Part shown: positions 8,530-17,383 of the stretch, piece after piece | Numbering within the stretch: the first letter of the stretch is position 1 | Layout of the letters: the number at the start of each line of letters is the position of its first letter | Source of the DNA: Gammaproteobacteria bacterium | Lineage (GTDB): Bacteria; Pseudomonadota; Gammaproteobacteria; UBA12402 | Direction of reading: 5' to 3' | DNA: 64,000 bases | Assembly: GCA_050123335.1 (NCBI GenBank) | Contig: JASFHH010000005.1 | Span: forward strand, 792-64,791 | Translations under genes and position numbers: made by a program | Notes under the pieces: model-generated | What the model was told of the DNA's origin: nothing | Databases searched by the model: none | Seen by the model: the letters and a program-made list of their open reading frames with translations, nothing else

Positions 8530-9324
8530 TTAACTTATAAGTAATTTTTCTGCTCGTTTAACATCTTCAATTGTGTCAATTCCAGACATGGCTGGTCGAT
8601 CTTGATAATCAACAGGCACTGCTCGAATTGCAAAACCATTTTCTAATAAACGTAATTGTTCTAATCCTTCTAGTTTTTCGTAATGAGTTGGTTTTAAAGT
8701 CACGTATTTTTGCAGCATCTCATAACGATAACCATAAATACCGATATGGCGATAAATTGGCGATAGATTAGATTCTTGTCTAAATTTTTCTTCTTTGCGG
8801 ATTGCCGGAATAATATTTTTGGAAAACCATAGTGTGTTATTATTTTTATCTAAAATGACTGTAGTACCGCTAAATGGAGTTTGTTTTTTGTGTTCACGTA
8901 ATTTATCTAATTCTTTCCAGCTTAATTGTGTAACTGGTGTGATGACTTTTACGTTTTTATCCTGAGTTGCGGTTTCAATTAATTTAGTAATAAAGTCTGG
9001 TGGAGTAAATGGTGTATCGCCTTGCAAATTTAAGATGAATTCAGGTTTATAGTTTAACTGTTCAACTGCTTTCCATGCCCGATCGGTCCCGGTAGGGCAG
9101 CTGACAGGTGTCATTACAAAATTAGCGCCAATTTTTTTAGCATGATCGGCGATACGTTTATCATCAGTAGCAATTAATATTTTTGCATCAGCAATATTTT
9201 TAATTGCATCAATTGCTATTTCATAAACGCGTTGCAGCATAGTTTTACCAGCAATTTTAATTAATGGTTTGCCGGGTAATCTAGTGGACGCATATCGCGC
9301 TGGAATTATAATTGTGGTTTTCAT
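8530..9324 (-). CDS. kdsB: 3-deoxy-manno-octulosonate cytidylyltransferase (CMP-KDO synthetase)
   Basis: MKTTIIIPARYASTRLPGKPL N-terminus, typical for KdsB. Start trimmed to the M at 9324; the upstream extension runs through a REP element. Confidence 0.9.
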   Translation of the reverse strand: MKTTIIIPARYASTRLPGKPLIKIAGKTMLQRVYEIAIDAIKNIADAKILIATDDKRIADHAKKIGANFVMTPVSCPTGTDRAWKAVEQLNYKPEFILNLQGDTPFTPPDFITKLIETATQDKNVKVITPVTQLSWKELDKLREHKKQTPFSGTTVILDKNNNTLWFSKNIIPAIRKEEKFRQESNLSPIYRHIGIYGYRYEMLQKYVTLKPTHYEKLEGLEQLRLLENGFAIRAVPVDYQDRPAMSGIDTIEDVKRAEKLLIS

Positions 9325-9330
9325 GTCATT

Positions 9331-9358
9331 GTCATCCCGCGGCTTGACCGCGGGATCC
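9331..9358. repeat. REP-like hairpin (same family)
   Basis: gtcatcccgcggcttgaccgcgggatcc. Confidence 0.6.
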
Positions 9359-9364
9359 ATGTTG

Positions 9365-10081
9365 TTATAAATGTTTTTTAATTTCTTCGGCAATTAATTC
9401 TTTAATTAAATCTAAATTATTCCTTTCGGATTTTTTCGGACCAAGTCCGATTGATGCGCGCTTCTCTAAAAGTTTCTTTAGATTTTCTGGAGCAAAAGTT
9501 TTTGGTGTTCCCATTTGTTGCGCATAAAATTGTATTTTAGCTACATGTTCAACTAATTCAAGCCGCAAATAAGCTTGTTCAACGCTATCGCCAATAGCTA
9601 ACACACCATTTCCCGGCATGATCAATACATCTGCTTGATTAAGTGCTTCAGTAATTATGCTATCATTTTCTGGTGCGCCTGGCATCGCAAAAGGAGTGAC
9701 TGGTATAATATCACCGATGGAAACTATAGCTTCAGGTAAACATGGAGTTAGTGGCTTGCCAACTAATCCATGCGCTGTGGCAAAAGGAGGATGAGAGTGT
9801 ACCACAGCTTTTGCTTCGGTGCGTGCATTGTAAGCTGCTAAATGTAATTTAATTTCAGAGAACGGTTTGCCAATTCCCTCAATTTTTTTGCCGTCCATAT
9901 CTAAAGTGATAATCATATCAGCAACAATGTTACCTTTGCTAACCGCAGTTGGAGTTGCTAGCAATACATCATCAAACTTTGCGCTAATGTTGCCGTCGTG
10001 ATTTGCACCAAAACCTTTTTCGTCGAGTTTTTGTGAATATTTTACGATTTCATTGGTTATGTAGGTTTTTCTATCGCCCAT
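9365..10081 (-). CDS. Class II aldolase/adducin-family protein (FucA/AraD-like), last gene of the BMC operon
   Basis: Metal-binding His context HSHPPFATA, an ANHDGNIS-type N-terminal region, and ~238 aa as typical for L-fuculose-/ribulose-phosphate aldolase or epimerase. Confidence 0.75.
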   Translation of the reverse strand: MGDRKTYITNEIVKYSQKLDEKGFGANHDGNISAKFDDVLLATPTAVSKGNIVADMIITLDMDGKKIEGIGKPFSEIKLHLAAYNARTEAKAVVHSHPPFATAHGLVGKPLTPCLPEAIVSIGDIIPVTPFAMPGAPENDSIITEALNQADVLIMPGNGVLAIGDSVEQAYLRLELVEHVAKIQFYAQQMGTPKTFAPENLKKLLEKRASIGLGPKKSERNNLDLIKELIAEEIKKHL

Positions 10082-10086
10082 TATTT

Positions 10087-10740
10087 TTATCCAAGTTGTT
10101 TGCTTGTGCCACTTGCTTGCATTTTATTTAATTGTTCCAAAATCGAACTTGCGGCTTCCGCTGCAGCATCAATTTCCGCTTCTGGTCCGCTCATGGTTAA
10201 ACGTCCCGATGCACCGAATGGTTTAATTTGAATTAATTTAACTCGCGCAGCTTTTAATGCCTCGTTACATGCAATGGTTAAATAAGCTGCGGGAGTTGTT
10301 TCCATAATCAAAACAGATTCGCCAGCTAAAACCATATTGCCGCGCGCAGTTCCGGTAAACATAATTGCATGATCTTGCTCAACGCTTCTGATAATTTTAT
10401 TAGTCAAGATTTTAACTTCAGCGCGATCATTTTCGTTTAATCCTGTTTCACGAAGTACTGCTTTGCCTGCTTCTTTTACTTCACCTTGGTCAGCGTGTTG
10501 TACTTGCATTAAACCGAATTGCCTTTCAGTTACGACAGAACCTAAGCGCACAGCAGTATTTTTTAGGGCCATATCAATCATGCTGTGAATTTCCATCGCC
10601 GGTGCGATTTCCAGCATTAATGCAGCATCATACTCTGCCGGATCGTAAACCTTATTATCTTTAGCAATAAATTGTGCTAGTTGCGGTTGTAAACTATCAA
10701 TAAAAATTAAAGTTCTTAGTTCAAAATTACTTTTTGTCAT
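10087..10740 (-). CDS. BMC shell protein, tandem-domain BMC-T of EutL/PduB type
   Basis: 217 aa. Segments align with E. coli EutL (…AYLTIACNEALKAARVKLIQIKP… vs …[31 protein letters not shown]…). Located inside the BMC operon. Confidence 0.6.
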   Translation of the reverse strand: MTKSNFELRTLIFIDSLQPQLAQFIAKDNKVYDPAEYDAALMLEIAPAMEIHSMIDMALKNTAVRLGSVVTERQFGLMQVQHADQGEVKEAGKAVLRETGLNENDRAEVKILTNKIIRSVEQDHAIMFTGTARGNMVLAGESVLIMETTPAAYLTIACNEALKAARVKLIQIKPFGASGRLTMSGPEAEIDAAAEAASSILEQLNKMQASGTSKQLG

Positions 10741-10752
10741 GTTGCTCTCCTG

Positions 10753-11655
10753 TTAGTACTTTCCACTTTTGGCTTTTGTGCCGGTTACAATTGCAATACT
10801 AGCTGATGCGCCGATGCGATCAGCGCCTGCTTCAATCATTTTTTTTGCATCCTCTGTGCTGCGAATTCCTCCGGAAGCTTTTACTTCCATGTCACTTCCT
10901 ACAATTTTGCGCATTAATGCAATATCTTCCACAGTTGCACCGCCGGAACCAAAGCCAGTAGAAGTTTTTACAAATGCAGCGCCGGCAGTTTTGGATAACG
11001 CACACGCAATAACTTTTTCGTCGTGATCCAAATTAGAAGTTTCCAAAATAACTTTTACTTTATGTGGTTTGGATGCTTCAACTACTGCTAGAATATCGCG
11101 ATAAACAGTTACATAATCTTTGGATTTTAGTGCACCAATATTAATTACCATATCAATTTCTTCAGCGCCGTTTTTGATTGCTTCTTTTGCTTCAAACGCT
11201 TTAGATTGCGGGCTGGCTGCTCCTAATGGAAATCCGACAACTGCAATTGGTTTGACACTACTACCTTTTAATTCGCGTGATACAAAAGGGATATTACTTG
11301 AATTTACACAAACAGTAGCAAAATGATATTTTTTTGCTTCATCGCAAACTTTTTTAAGTTGTTCACGGGTTGCATCTGGTTTTAATAAGGTGTGATCAAT
11401 CATGCCGGCAAGTTTTGTGTCAACATTACGATCGATTCCTGGATTGGCGCCGATGCGATCTGCGCCTTCACGCAACATATTATTTATTGCTTCAGGTTTT
11501 TTAATCACACATAAGCCGCAATGTTCGCATGAGTCTGGTGATAAACCGCATGCACCAGCAGCAACTAAATCTGGTTGAGTTATTCCAGCTTGTTGTAATT
11601 TTTGAGTCACGCGGCGTGCAATAACTTCAACAAGTTCTTCGATTTTATCGGTCAT
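10753..11655 (-). CDS. deoC: Deoxyribose-phosphate aldolase (DERA) with ~80-aa N-terminal extension (putative encapsulation peptide + Cys cluster)
   Basis: The DeoC core starts near LAGMIDHTLLKPDAT, with catalytic Lys context FVKTSTGF. The extension MTDKIEELVEVIARRVTQKLQQ is predicted to be an amphipathic helix, followed by CGLSPDSCEHCGLCV. Confidence 0.85.
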   Translation of the reverse strand: MTDKIEELVEVIARRVTQKLQQAGITQPDLVAAGACGLSPDSCEHCGLCVIKKPEAINNMLREGADRIGANPGIDRNVDTKLAGMIDHTLLKPDATREQLKKVCDEAKKYHFATVCVNSSNIPFVSRELKGSSVKPIAVVGFPLGAASPQSKAFEAKEAIKNGAEEIDMVINIGALKSKDYVTVYRDILAVVEASKPHKVKVILETSNLDHDEKVIACALSKTAGAAFVKTSTGFGSGGATVEDIALMRKIVGSDMEVKASGGIRSTEDAKKMIEAGADRIGASASIAIVTGTKAKSGKY

Positions 11656-11674
11656 AATTATTCCCTCTTATATA

Positions 11675-11986
11675 TTATCTGGATCCCGGATCAACTGACT
11701 GGGTCCGGGATGACACATGCGCATGTGTCACTTTATCTACTATACCTACAATTACAGAGTGAAATGGATCATCTTTAGTTCCCAGCAATTGTCTGGCTGT
11801 ATTACCTTCGCGTTGAATTAATACAACATCGCCAGGTGCTGCTTGAGCTGTATCACAAGCTAAAAATGAATTACCTAAATCTTTGCCTTGTTCGTCAATT
11901 GGTTGCACGATTAAAACTCGATGTCCTTTGTAACAAGGATGTTTCTCAGTTGCAACTACATTGCCTTTAACTCTGGCTAAGATCAT
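11675..11986 (-). CDS. BMC vertex protein (BMC-P; EutN/PduN/CcmL family)
   Basis: MILARVKGNVVATEKH...GDVVLIQ...VIVGIVD motif pattern. The C-terminal 15-17 codons are read through a REP element plus a palindrome. Confidence 0.8.
   Translation of the reverse strand: MILARVKGNVVATEKHPCYKGHRVLIVQPIDEQGKDLGNSFLACDTAQAAPGDVVLIQREGNTARQLLGTKDDPFHSVIVGIVDKVTHAHVSSRTQSVDPGSR
11681..11730. repeat. REP-like hairpin (inverted orientation) plus adjacent 18-bp palindrome gacacatgcgcatgtgtc
   Basis: ggatcccggatcaactgactgggtccgggatgac. The stem variant GAC/GTC compensates relative to CGG/CCG in the other copies. Confidence 0.55.
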
Positions 11987-12318
11987 TCAAATATTTCCTC
12001 TTTATCTAAAATTCCAACATCTTCTTGATTAACTTGATCTACAATTCCGGTAATCGCAGCATCAACAGGTGTAAATGAATCTGGTAAAGTTAATGCAGCT
12101 TCTCTTGCTGTTATCCAATGTACTAAATCATTTAATCCTGCTTTTACCACTGGATCAACTGCAGCAATTGGTTTGCCTGTTGGTTTTAGATCGTCATTTA
12201 ATGGCTGAATCATTAAAATTTTTATGCCGTTTAAAGCCTCATGTTTTTGTGTTGCAACTACTGTGCCGATTACTTTTGCTAATTGCATTTTATATTCCTG
12301 TCCAATAAATTTCTTCAA
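11983..12318 (-). CDS. BMC vertex protein (BMC-P; EutN/PduN family), second copy
   Basis: MQLAKVIGTVVATQKH...IKILMIQP...ITGIVDQV. A more likely start is the M at 12288, which avoids overlap with the upstream gene. Confidence 0.75.
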   Translation of the reverse strand: MKKFIGQEYKMQLAKVIGTVVATQKHEALNGIKILMIQPLNDDLKPTGKPIAAVDPVVKAGLNDLVHWITAREAALTLPDSFTPVDAAITGIVDQVNQEDVGILDKEEIFE

Positions 12319-12853
12319 TCAAATCCGGATGCGGTGCTGGAATAATTTCACATCCTGCTAATAATCCTTCGGTTTTAATGTGTTTTTTTGCTGCATCAAT
12401 TGAAGCTTCAATGTCAGCTAATTTTCCGGTCATCACAAAATAACCTTTACCACCTAAACCGTTCGCTAATCTAATTTCTACTAATTTTGCTGGTGATGTT
12501 TTAGCGGCTAAATCTGCTCCAACAATGCAGGATGCGATTGAAAAAGTTTCGATAATACCAACGGCATCAAATTTTTTTATTTCAGTTGTTCCGGCAACAG
12601 CGGGAATCACATCCAAATGAATTTGCGGTAAGAATAAATTATTAATTACGCCATCATCGCCAACGTTAATACCTGCTTGCAATGATTCTTCGACATCGGC
12701 AACTTCGCCCGCAAAAATAACCATATATTTACCTGGGCAGATTGGGTTGCTGTTAAGAATTGTAACCGGAGCTTTTTTGGCAATTGCATCAGTTGCAAAC
12801 ATGCCTCGTGCTACTGAGTTGAATTCAATTAGTCCTAGCGATGGTTTTTGCAT
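12290..12853 (-). CDS. BMC shell protein, tandem-domain BMC-T of PduT type
   Basis: 187 aa with two BMC domains (LGLIEFNSVARGMFATDAIAKKAPV... and AVGIIETFSIASCIVGADLAAKTS...). A Cys in the second domain is consistent with the Fe-S-binding PduT type. Confidence 0.8.
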   Translation of the reverse strand: MQKPSLGLIEFNSVARGMFATDAIAKKAPVTILNSNPICPGKYMVIFAGEVADVEESLQAGINVGDDGVINNLFLPQIHLDVIPAVAGTTEIKKFDAVGIIETFSIASCIVGADLAAKTSPAKLVEIRLANGLGGKGYFVMTGKLADIEASIDAAKKHIKTEGLLAGCEIIPAPHPDLIEEIYWTGI

Positions 12854-14183
12854 ATTTAATCTCTATATAATTATCATTTACCTCAGTTATTTTGCCGTCA
12901 ATTGACGCGTGATAAACGGCGCCTAACTTATCTTGCGGCGTAGCCGCTATAATATCACATCTGCGTACCATTTGTCCTAGATTAACTTGGGAAATTGCAG
13001 GTGCTCCAACGTGTTTGTTTAGCGGAATGCGTACCATTTTGATTTGCTGTATTCCTGCAAAAACCGGTTTGCAATTATATTTTTCCAAGTTAAGTTTTTT
13101 CATTACCATTTGAATCGATGGTTTACGATTTTTAAATTGTGAATTGGCTTTAGCCGGTGCATTTTTATGTGGGCTTTTTACTCCACGAGATATTAATTCG
13201 CTTTTATATTCTGCAAAAATTTTGCGAGGTGAAAGATGCATAAAATCACAAGCAATCAATTCACACATGCCGCATTGGCTACATAAAAAAGCAGAAGTAA
13301 TATGCTTTGTTGGTTCAGCACTGTTGTATGCTATTGTGCGCATTGTCATGTGCGGATATAATTCGTGTCCTAATAAATTGCGCGGGCAAAGATCGGTGCA
13401 GCGAAAGCATTGGCAGCATGCAGATTTTGTTTGTTTGATTATTTGTCCCAAAGGTTTTTTTGCTTTACGAATTAATAAGTGATTTTTAGGTAATGCAATT
13501 ACACCACTGGTAGTTTTACCGATACCTTGATTCCAATCATCAACAATTTTTCCCATCATCGGGCCGCCATCAATTAAAACAGCGTCTTTAATTTTTAAGC
13601 CACCTGCTAATTTAATTAAATCGTTGTAAGTTGTGCCAATTGGAACAATTACAACTTTTGGTTCGCGAAGTTCTCCAATTAAAGTTACTGCGCGTTCAGT
13701 TATCGGTTTGCCGTTAACTGCATGTGCAATCTGCATTAAAGTGATTACGTTATTTACGACAATGCCAACGTTTAATGGGATGCCGCCTTCGGGAATTATT
13801 TTTCCGGTTACTTCATACACTAATAAAAATTCATCGCCTGCGGGATAATAATTATCTAACAAATGTAATTTGATCGATCCATCAGATGGTAAATGTTTTT
13901 TGATTGCATCAATTGCGTCGTGATAATGCGATTTTAATGCAATAATTCCTTGCTTAGCAGAAGTTGCTTGCATTGCATATTTCATGCCTTCGATTAATAA
14001 TTCTGGTTTTTGTACCATCATGGTGCGATCGCTGGCAAGAAGTGGTTCGCATTCAGAACCATTAGCAATGATGGTATCAACTTTTGTTTGTAATTTTACA
14101 TGTGTAGGAAATCCGCCGCCACCTGCGCCAATTATTCCGGCGTTTTTTACAGCTTGCACAATTTGTTCCGCTGTTTTTGGCAT
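12825..14183 (-). CDS. PduS/RnfC-family NADH-dependent Fe-S flavoprotein
   Basis: N-terminal GAGGGGFPTHVK (RnfC/PduS nucleotide-binding) motif. Two Cys clusters, CCQCFRCTDLCP and CSQCGMCELIACD, indicate 4Fe-4S ferredoxin-type sites. Confidence 0.8.
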   Translation of the reverse strand: MPKTAEQIVQAVKNAGIIGAGGGGFPTHVKLQTKVDTIIANGSECEPLLASDRTMMVQKPELLIEGMKYAMQATSAKQGIIALKSHYHDAIDAIKKHLPSDGSIKLHLLDNYYPAGDEFLLVYEVTGKIIPEGGIPLNVGIVVNNVITLMQIAHAVNGKPITERAVTLIGELREPKVVIVPIGTTYNDLIKLAGGLKIKDAVLIDGGPMMGKIVDDWNQGIGKTTSGVIALPKNHLLIRKAKKPLGQIIKQTKSACCQCFRCTDLCPRNLLGHELYPHMTMRTIAYNSAEPTKHITSAFLCSQCGMCELIACDFMHLSPRKIFAEYKSELISRGVKSPHKNAPAKANSQFKNRKPSIQMVMKKLNLEKYNCKPVFAGIQQIKMVRIPLNKHVGAPAISQVNLGQMVRRCDIIAATPQDKLGAVYHASIDGKITEVNDNYIEIKYAKTIARTN

Positions 14184-15616
14184 CAGACAATCCTAAAATA
14201 TCCGCTTAATACACATCTTCTAATTCTGGTAAAGTGACGTGCGGTAGTAACACCTTCGCCGGTAGGTGAAGCAATGGTAAAAGATGCTGGACCTTCACCT
14301 TCAATACCGAGTCCTGCAAGTGCCGGACCATTTTTTACAAAAATGGAGGTATTCATTTTTACCGCCATTTTATGCAAGTGTTCAACATTTTTTGAATGCA
14401 TAACCGAAGTATGAAAACATCCATCTTCTAATTGATAAGCAATTTCAATTGCTTCATCAACATCGTTTGCACGAATAAATGGTAATACCGGCATTAATAA
14501 TTCTAATTTTGCAAATGGATGATTAGCATCAGTTTCAACAAAAGCTAAACGTTTAGATGGATCGACTTGCAATCCAATTTGTTGCAAAATTAATTGAATG
14601 TCTTTGCCAACCCATTTTTTATTTGGGTGGCCATCTTGCACAATAATTTTTTCTAATTGTTTAGCTTGGTAATTATTAAGTTCAACTGCGCCATGTTTAA
14701 TTAATGCTTTTTTTAATTCGTCTGCGCAAGCGCGAGTTGCAATAATATTTTTTTCAATTAAACAAATAATATTATTGTCAGTGGATGCACTTATCACAAT
14801 ATCGCGGCCGGCTTTATCAATATCTGCAGTTTCATCAACTACAACTGGAGGATTGCCTGGTCCTGCAGCAATAACTTTTTTGCCGGATTGCATTGCGGCA
14901 TCTACTACAGCAGGGCCGCCGGTAACTACCAGCAAATTAATTTTTGGGTGTTTCATTAAAGTTTGTGCTGATTGAATTGTTGGGTTGATCACGGTTGTGA
15001 TTAAGTTTGGCGGACCACCAGCAGAAATAATTGCTTTATTAATTAAGCTGATAGTTAAGACAGATATTTTTTTAGCGCTTGGATGTGGATTAAAAGCAAC
15101 AGCGTTGCCTCCAGCAATCATAGCAATGGTATTGCTGATAATTGTTTCTGATGGATTAGTGCAGGGCGTGATAGAACCGATTAATCCATAAGGTGCATGT
15201 TCTAAAATGGTTAAGCCGTTGTCGCCGGTAAAAGTTATTGGTTCTAAATCTTCTATGCCCGGAGTGTTGTTAATTGCCAATTCATTCTTTTTTAATTTAT
15301 CTTCGTATCTACCAAGTCCAGTATCGGAAAGTGCTAATCGTGCAATTTGTTCAATGTTTTCGGTACAGATTTCACGAATAGCAGTAATGATTTTTTTACG
15401 TTGCTCTATCGGAATGGTTTTATATTCGAGGAAAGCTTTTTCTGCAGCAAGAATTGCTTCTTCGATATCAGTAAAACACCCCGGGGTGTCATTAGTTTGT
15501 GTGGTGATATTTGGTTTTTGTGGTGCGCTTTTTATTTTAGTTTCCGCAGCAGGAATTACCAATTTATTAACTACACGATCGACAATCGAACTTATTTGTT
15601 GTTCGCTAATAGACAT
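14183..15616 (-). CDS. CoA-acylating aldehyde dehydrogenase (EutE/PduP family) with N-terminal encapsulation peptide
   Basis: ALDH fold with catalytic Cys context (SITPCTNPSE region). The N-terminal amphipathic helix QQISSIVDRVVNKLV followed by a Pro/Thr/Gln linker is typical of PduP/EutE targeting peptides. Confidence 0.85.
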   Translation of the reverse strand: MSISEQQISSIVDRVVNKLVIPAAETKIKSAPQKPNITTQTNDTPGCFTDIEEAILAAEKAFLEYKTIPIEQRKKIITAIREICTENIEQIARLALSDTGLGRYEDKLKKNELAINNTPGIEDLEPITFTGDNGLTILEHAPYGLIGSITPCTNPSETIISNTIAMIAGGNAVAFNPHPSAKKISVLTISLINKAIISAGGPPNLITTVINPTIQSAQTLMKHPKINLLVVTGGPAVVDAAMQSGKKVIAAGPGNPPVVVDETADIDKAGRDIVISASTDNNIICLIEKNIIATRACADELKKALIKHGAVELNNYQAKQLEKIIVQDGHPNKKWVGKDIQLILQQIGLQVDPSKRLAFVETDANHPFAKLELLMPVLPFIRANDVDEAIEIAYQLEDGCFHTSVMHSKNVEHLHKMAVKMNTSIFVKNGPALAGLGIEGEGPASFTIASPTGEGVTTARHFTRIRRCVLSGYFRIV

Positions 15617-15633
15617 AGCAGAGTCCTTCTACT

Positions 15634-15661
15634 GTCATCCCGCGGTTTAACCGCGGGATCC
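15634..15661. repeat. REP-like hairpin (same family)
   Basis: gtcatcccgcggtttaaccgcgggatcc. Confidence 0.6.
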
Positions 15662-15667
15662 AGTGTT

Positions 15668-15955
15668 CTATTTAGAATATTTAGTTTCGCCGTTGATTTC
15701 TAGTTCATCAACAATTGCCATAATGACAGCGTCCACTGGTTTACCGGAGGTCGAGATTGTTTGACGTGCAGAACTTCCTGCTGCGACCAAAACAATTTCA
15801 CCAACTCCAGCGCCGACGGAATCAGCTGCGATTACAAACGAATTCATCGGTTTGCCATCAATATCAACATGTTTAACGATTTGAAGTTTTAATCCTTCGA
15901 GCTTTTCATCTTTTTGGCTGGAAACCACGGTGCCGATAATTTTACCTAATTGCAT
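15668..15955 (-). CDS. BMC vertex protein (BMC-P; EutN/PduN family), third copy
   Basis: MQLGKIIGTVVSSQKDEKL...GEIVLVAAGSSAR...VIMAIVDEL. Confidence 0.8.
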   Translation of the reverse strand: MQLGKIIGTVVSSQKDEKLEGLKLQIVKHVDIDGKPMNSFVIAADSVGAGVGEIVLVAAGSSARQTISTSGKPVDAVIMAIVDELEINGETKYSK

Positions 15956-15976
15956 TACTTAAGCTCCTTAGTTCTT

Positions 15977-16058
15977 GTCATCCCGAACCCAGCTTGTTGA
16001 TTCGGGATCCAGGCGGTTTTTCTGGATCCCGGATAATCGCTGCGCGATTTCCGGGATA
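15977..16058. repeat. Two adjacent REP-like hairpins (AAC/GTT and GGA/TCC stem variants)
   Basis: gtcatcccgaacccagcttgttgattcgggatcc and ggatcccggataatcgctgcgcgatttccgggata. Confidence 0.55.
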
Positions 16059-16146
16059 AATTCCATATAGCATAATTGATATTTGTTTTTATCATAAGGC
16101 AGCTTCTCATTTCTCCAAGACAATATTTTTTCATTTACAATGTCAT

Positions 16147-16440
16147 TTATTTGGATTTAGATTTTTCGCGACCTAAAGGTAATGCAGAATCGATATTTGC
16201 ATGTGGTCTTGGGATGACATGTACCGATACTAATTCGCCAACTTGTTGTGCAGCACGGGCGCCGGCATCGGTTGCAGCTTTAACTGCGGCAACATCACCA
16301 CGCACTACAGCAGTTACATAACCACCACCGATTTTTTCGTAGCTGACTAATTCAACTTTAGCGGCTTTTACCATGGCGTCACTTGCTTCTACCATTGCAA
16401 CAAAACCTTTGGTTTCGATCATTCCTAATGCATCAGACAT
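16147..16440 (-). CDS. BMC hexameric shell protein (BMC-H; PduA/EutM family), first gene of the operon
   Basis: [56 protein letters not shown] is a canonical BMC-H sequence. Confidence 0.9.
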   Translation of the reverse strand: MSDALGMIETKGFVAMVEASDAMVKAAKVELVSYEKIGGGYVTAVVRGDVAAVKAATDAGARAAQQVGELVSVHVIPRPHANIDSALPLGREKSKSK

Positions 16441-16601
16441 GTTGTTCTCCTTAAGATATTAATAATGAATGATGCGATGATATTGATGTTATAAATAAAA
16501 TGCAAGCATTAGTAATCTTAATCGACCAAATTATTGATATTCGATAAAGAATTATCGAATTTTAATGCATCATCCGCGAAATCTACAGGTACAACTATTA
16601 G

Positions 16602-16904
16602 TTATATTTTGTTGTTTCCGATAATAGGTTTTTTCTCTTCAACATTTTCATTTTTTTTAGATTCAATTGTAGCATTTTTAGAAAGTTCACGAATAATTTT
16701 AGCATGACATATGCCAGTGCCTACATTTATAGTAAGGCCTGTAAAAAATAAAACAAATCCCCCTATTGCTCGAAGTGCGGCAAGAGCATCTTTGGAGGTC
16801 ATGCCATCTACTGATAAAACTGGGCCTCCAACCATAAGAGTAATTCCTGCCATATATAAAAAACAAGGACCTATAGAACGTTGAAGACATCCAAAGAAAC
16901 TCAT
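16602..16904 (-). CDS. Small membrane protein (100 aa), hypothetical
   Basis: Three predicted TM segments. No family recognised. Confidence 0.35.
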   Translation of the reverse strand: MSFFGCLQRSIGPCFLYMAGITLMVGGPVLSVDGMTSKDALAALRAIGGFVLFFTGLTINVGTGICHAKIIRELSKNATIESKKNENVEEKKPIIGNNKI

Positions 16905-17098
16905 TTTACACCTCCAATTATTCTTAAATTACGTTACACGCGTTACAGAAATCTTATTACAATTTTACATGTAGCAATTACATTATATACAAGAGAATCT
17001 TAACAAAAAAATATTTTTTTGATCTTTTCTGCGTTATTTTTAAACAGAATAATGATGAATCGCTTGTAGTTATTTGCTTATAATTTATTGCGCAGCAG

Positions 17099-17383
17099 TT
17101 ATAAAGAATCTGGTTTTTCCAACGACTTTTCCTTTTCAGTTGCAAGCCGGCGCTCGACTTTTTTAACATCTTCAGCAGCAGGAAGTGTTTCGGGTTGAAT
17201 ACCTCTTTCTAATAAAGTGTTACGAACTGCAGTATTGTTAGTGACGTGTTCTTTGGAAACTTCGGTTTCTGTTTTCATATTATGTTCTTTTTTATCTCGA
17301 ATAAGAGTAAAATTTTTATTTCCTCCAGTTTGCTCATAAATAGAGTTTATGTGCTGCAGCACATAAAATTTACGCGCGTGCAA
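17099..17383 (-). pseudogene. dinD: dinD (DNA-damage-inducible protein D) C-terminal fragment
   Basis: …KEHVTNNTAVRNTLLERGIQPETLPAAEDVKKVERRL… matches the DinD C-terminus. The DNA is ~85% identical to 20676..20880. Confidence 0.55.
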
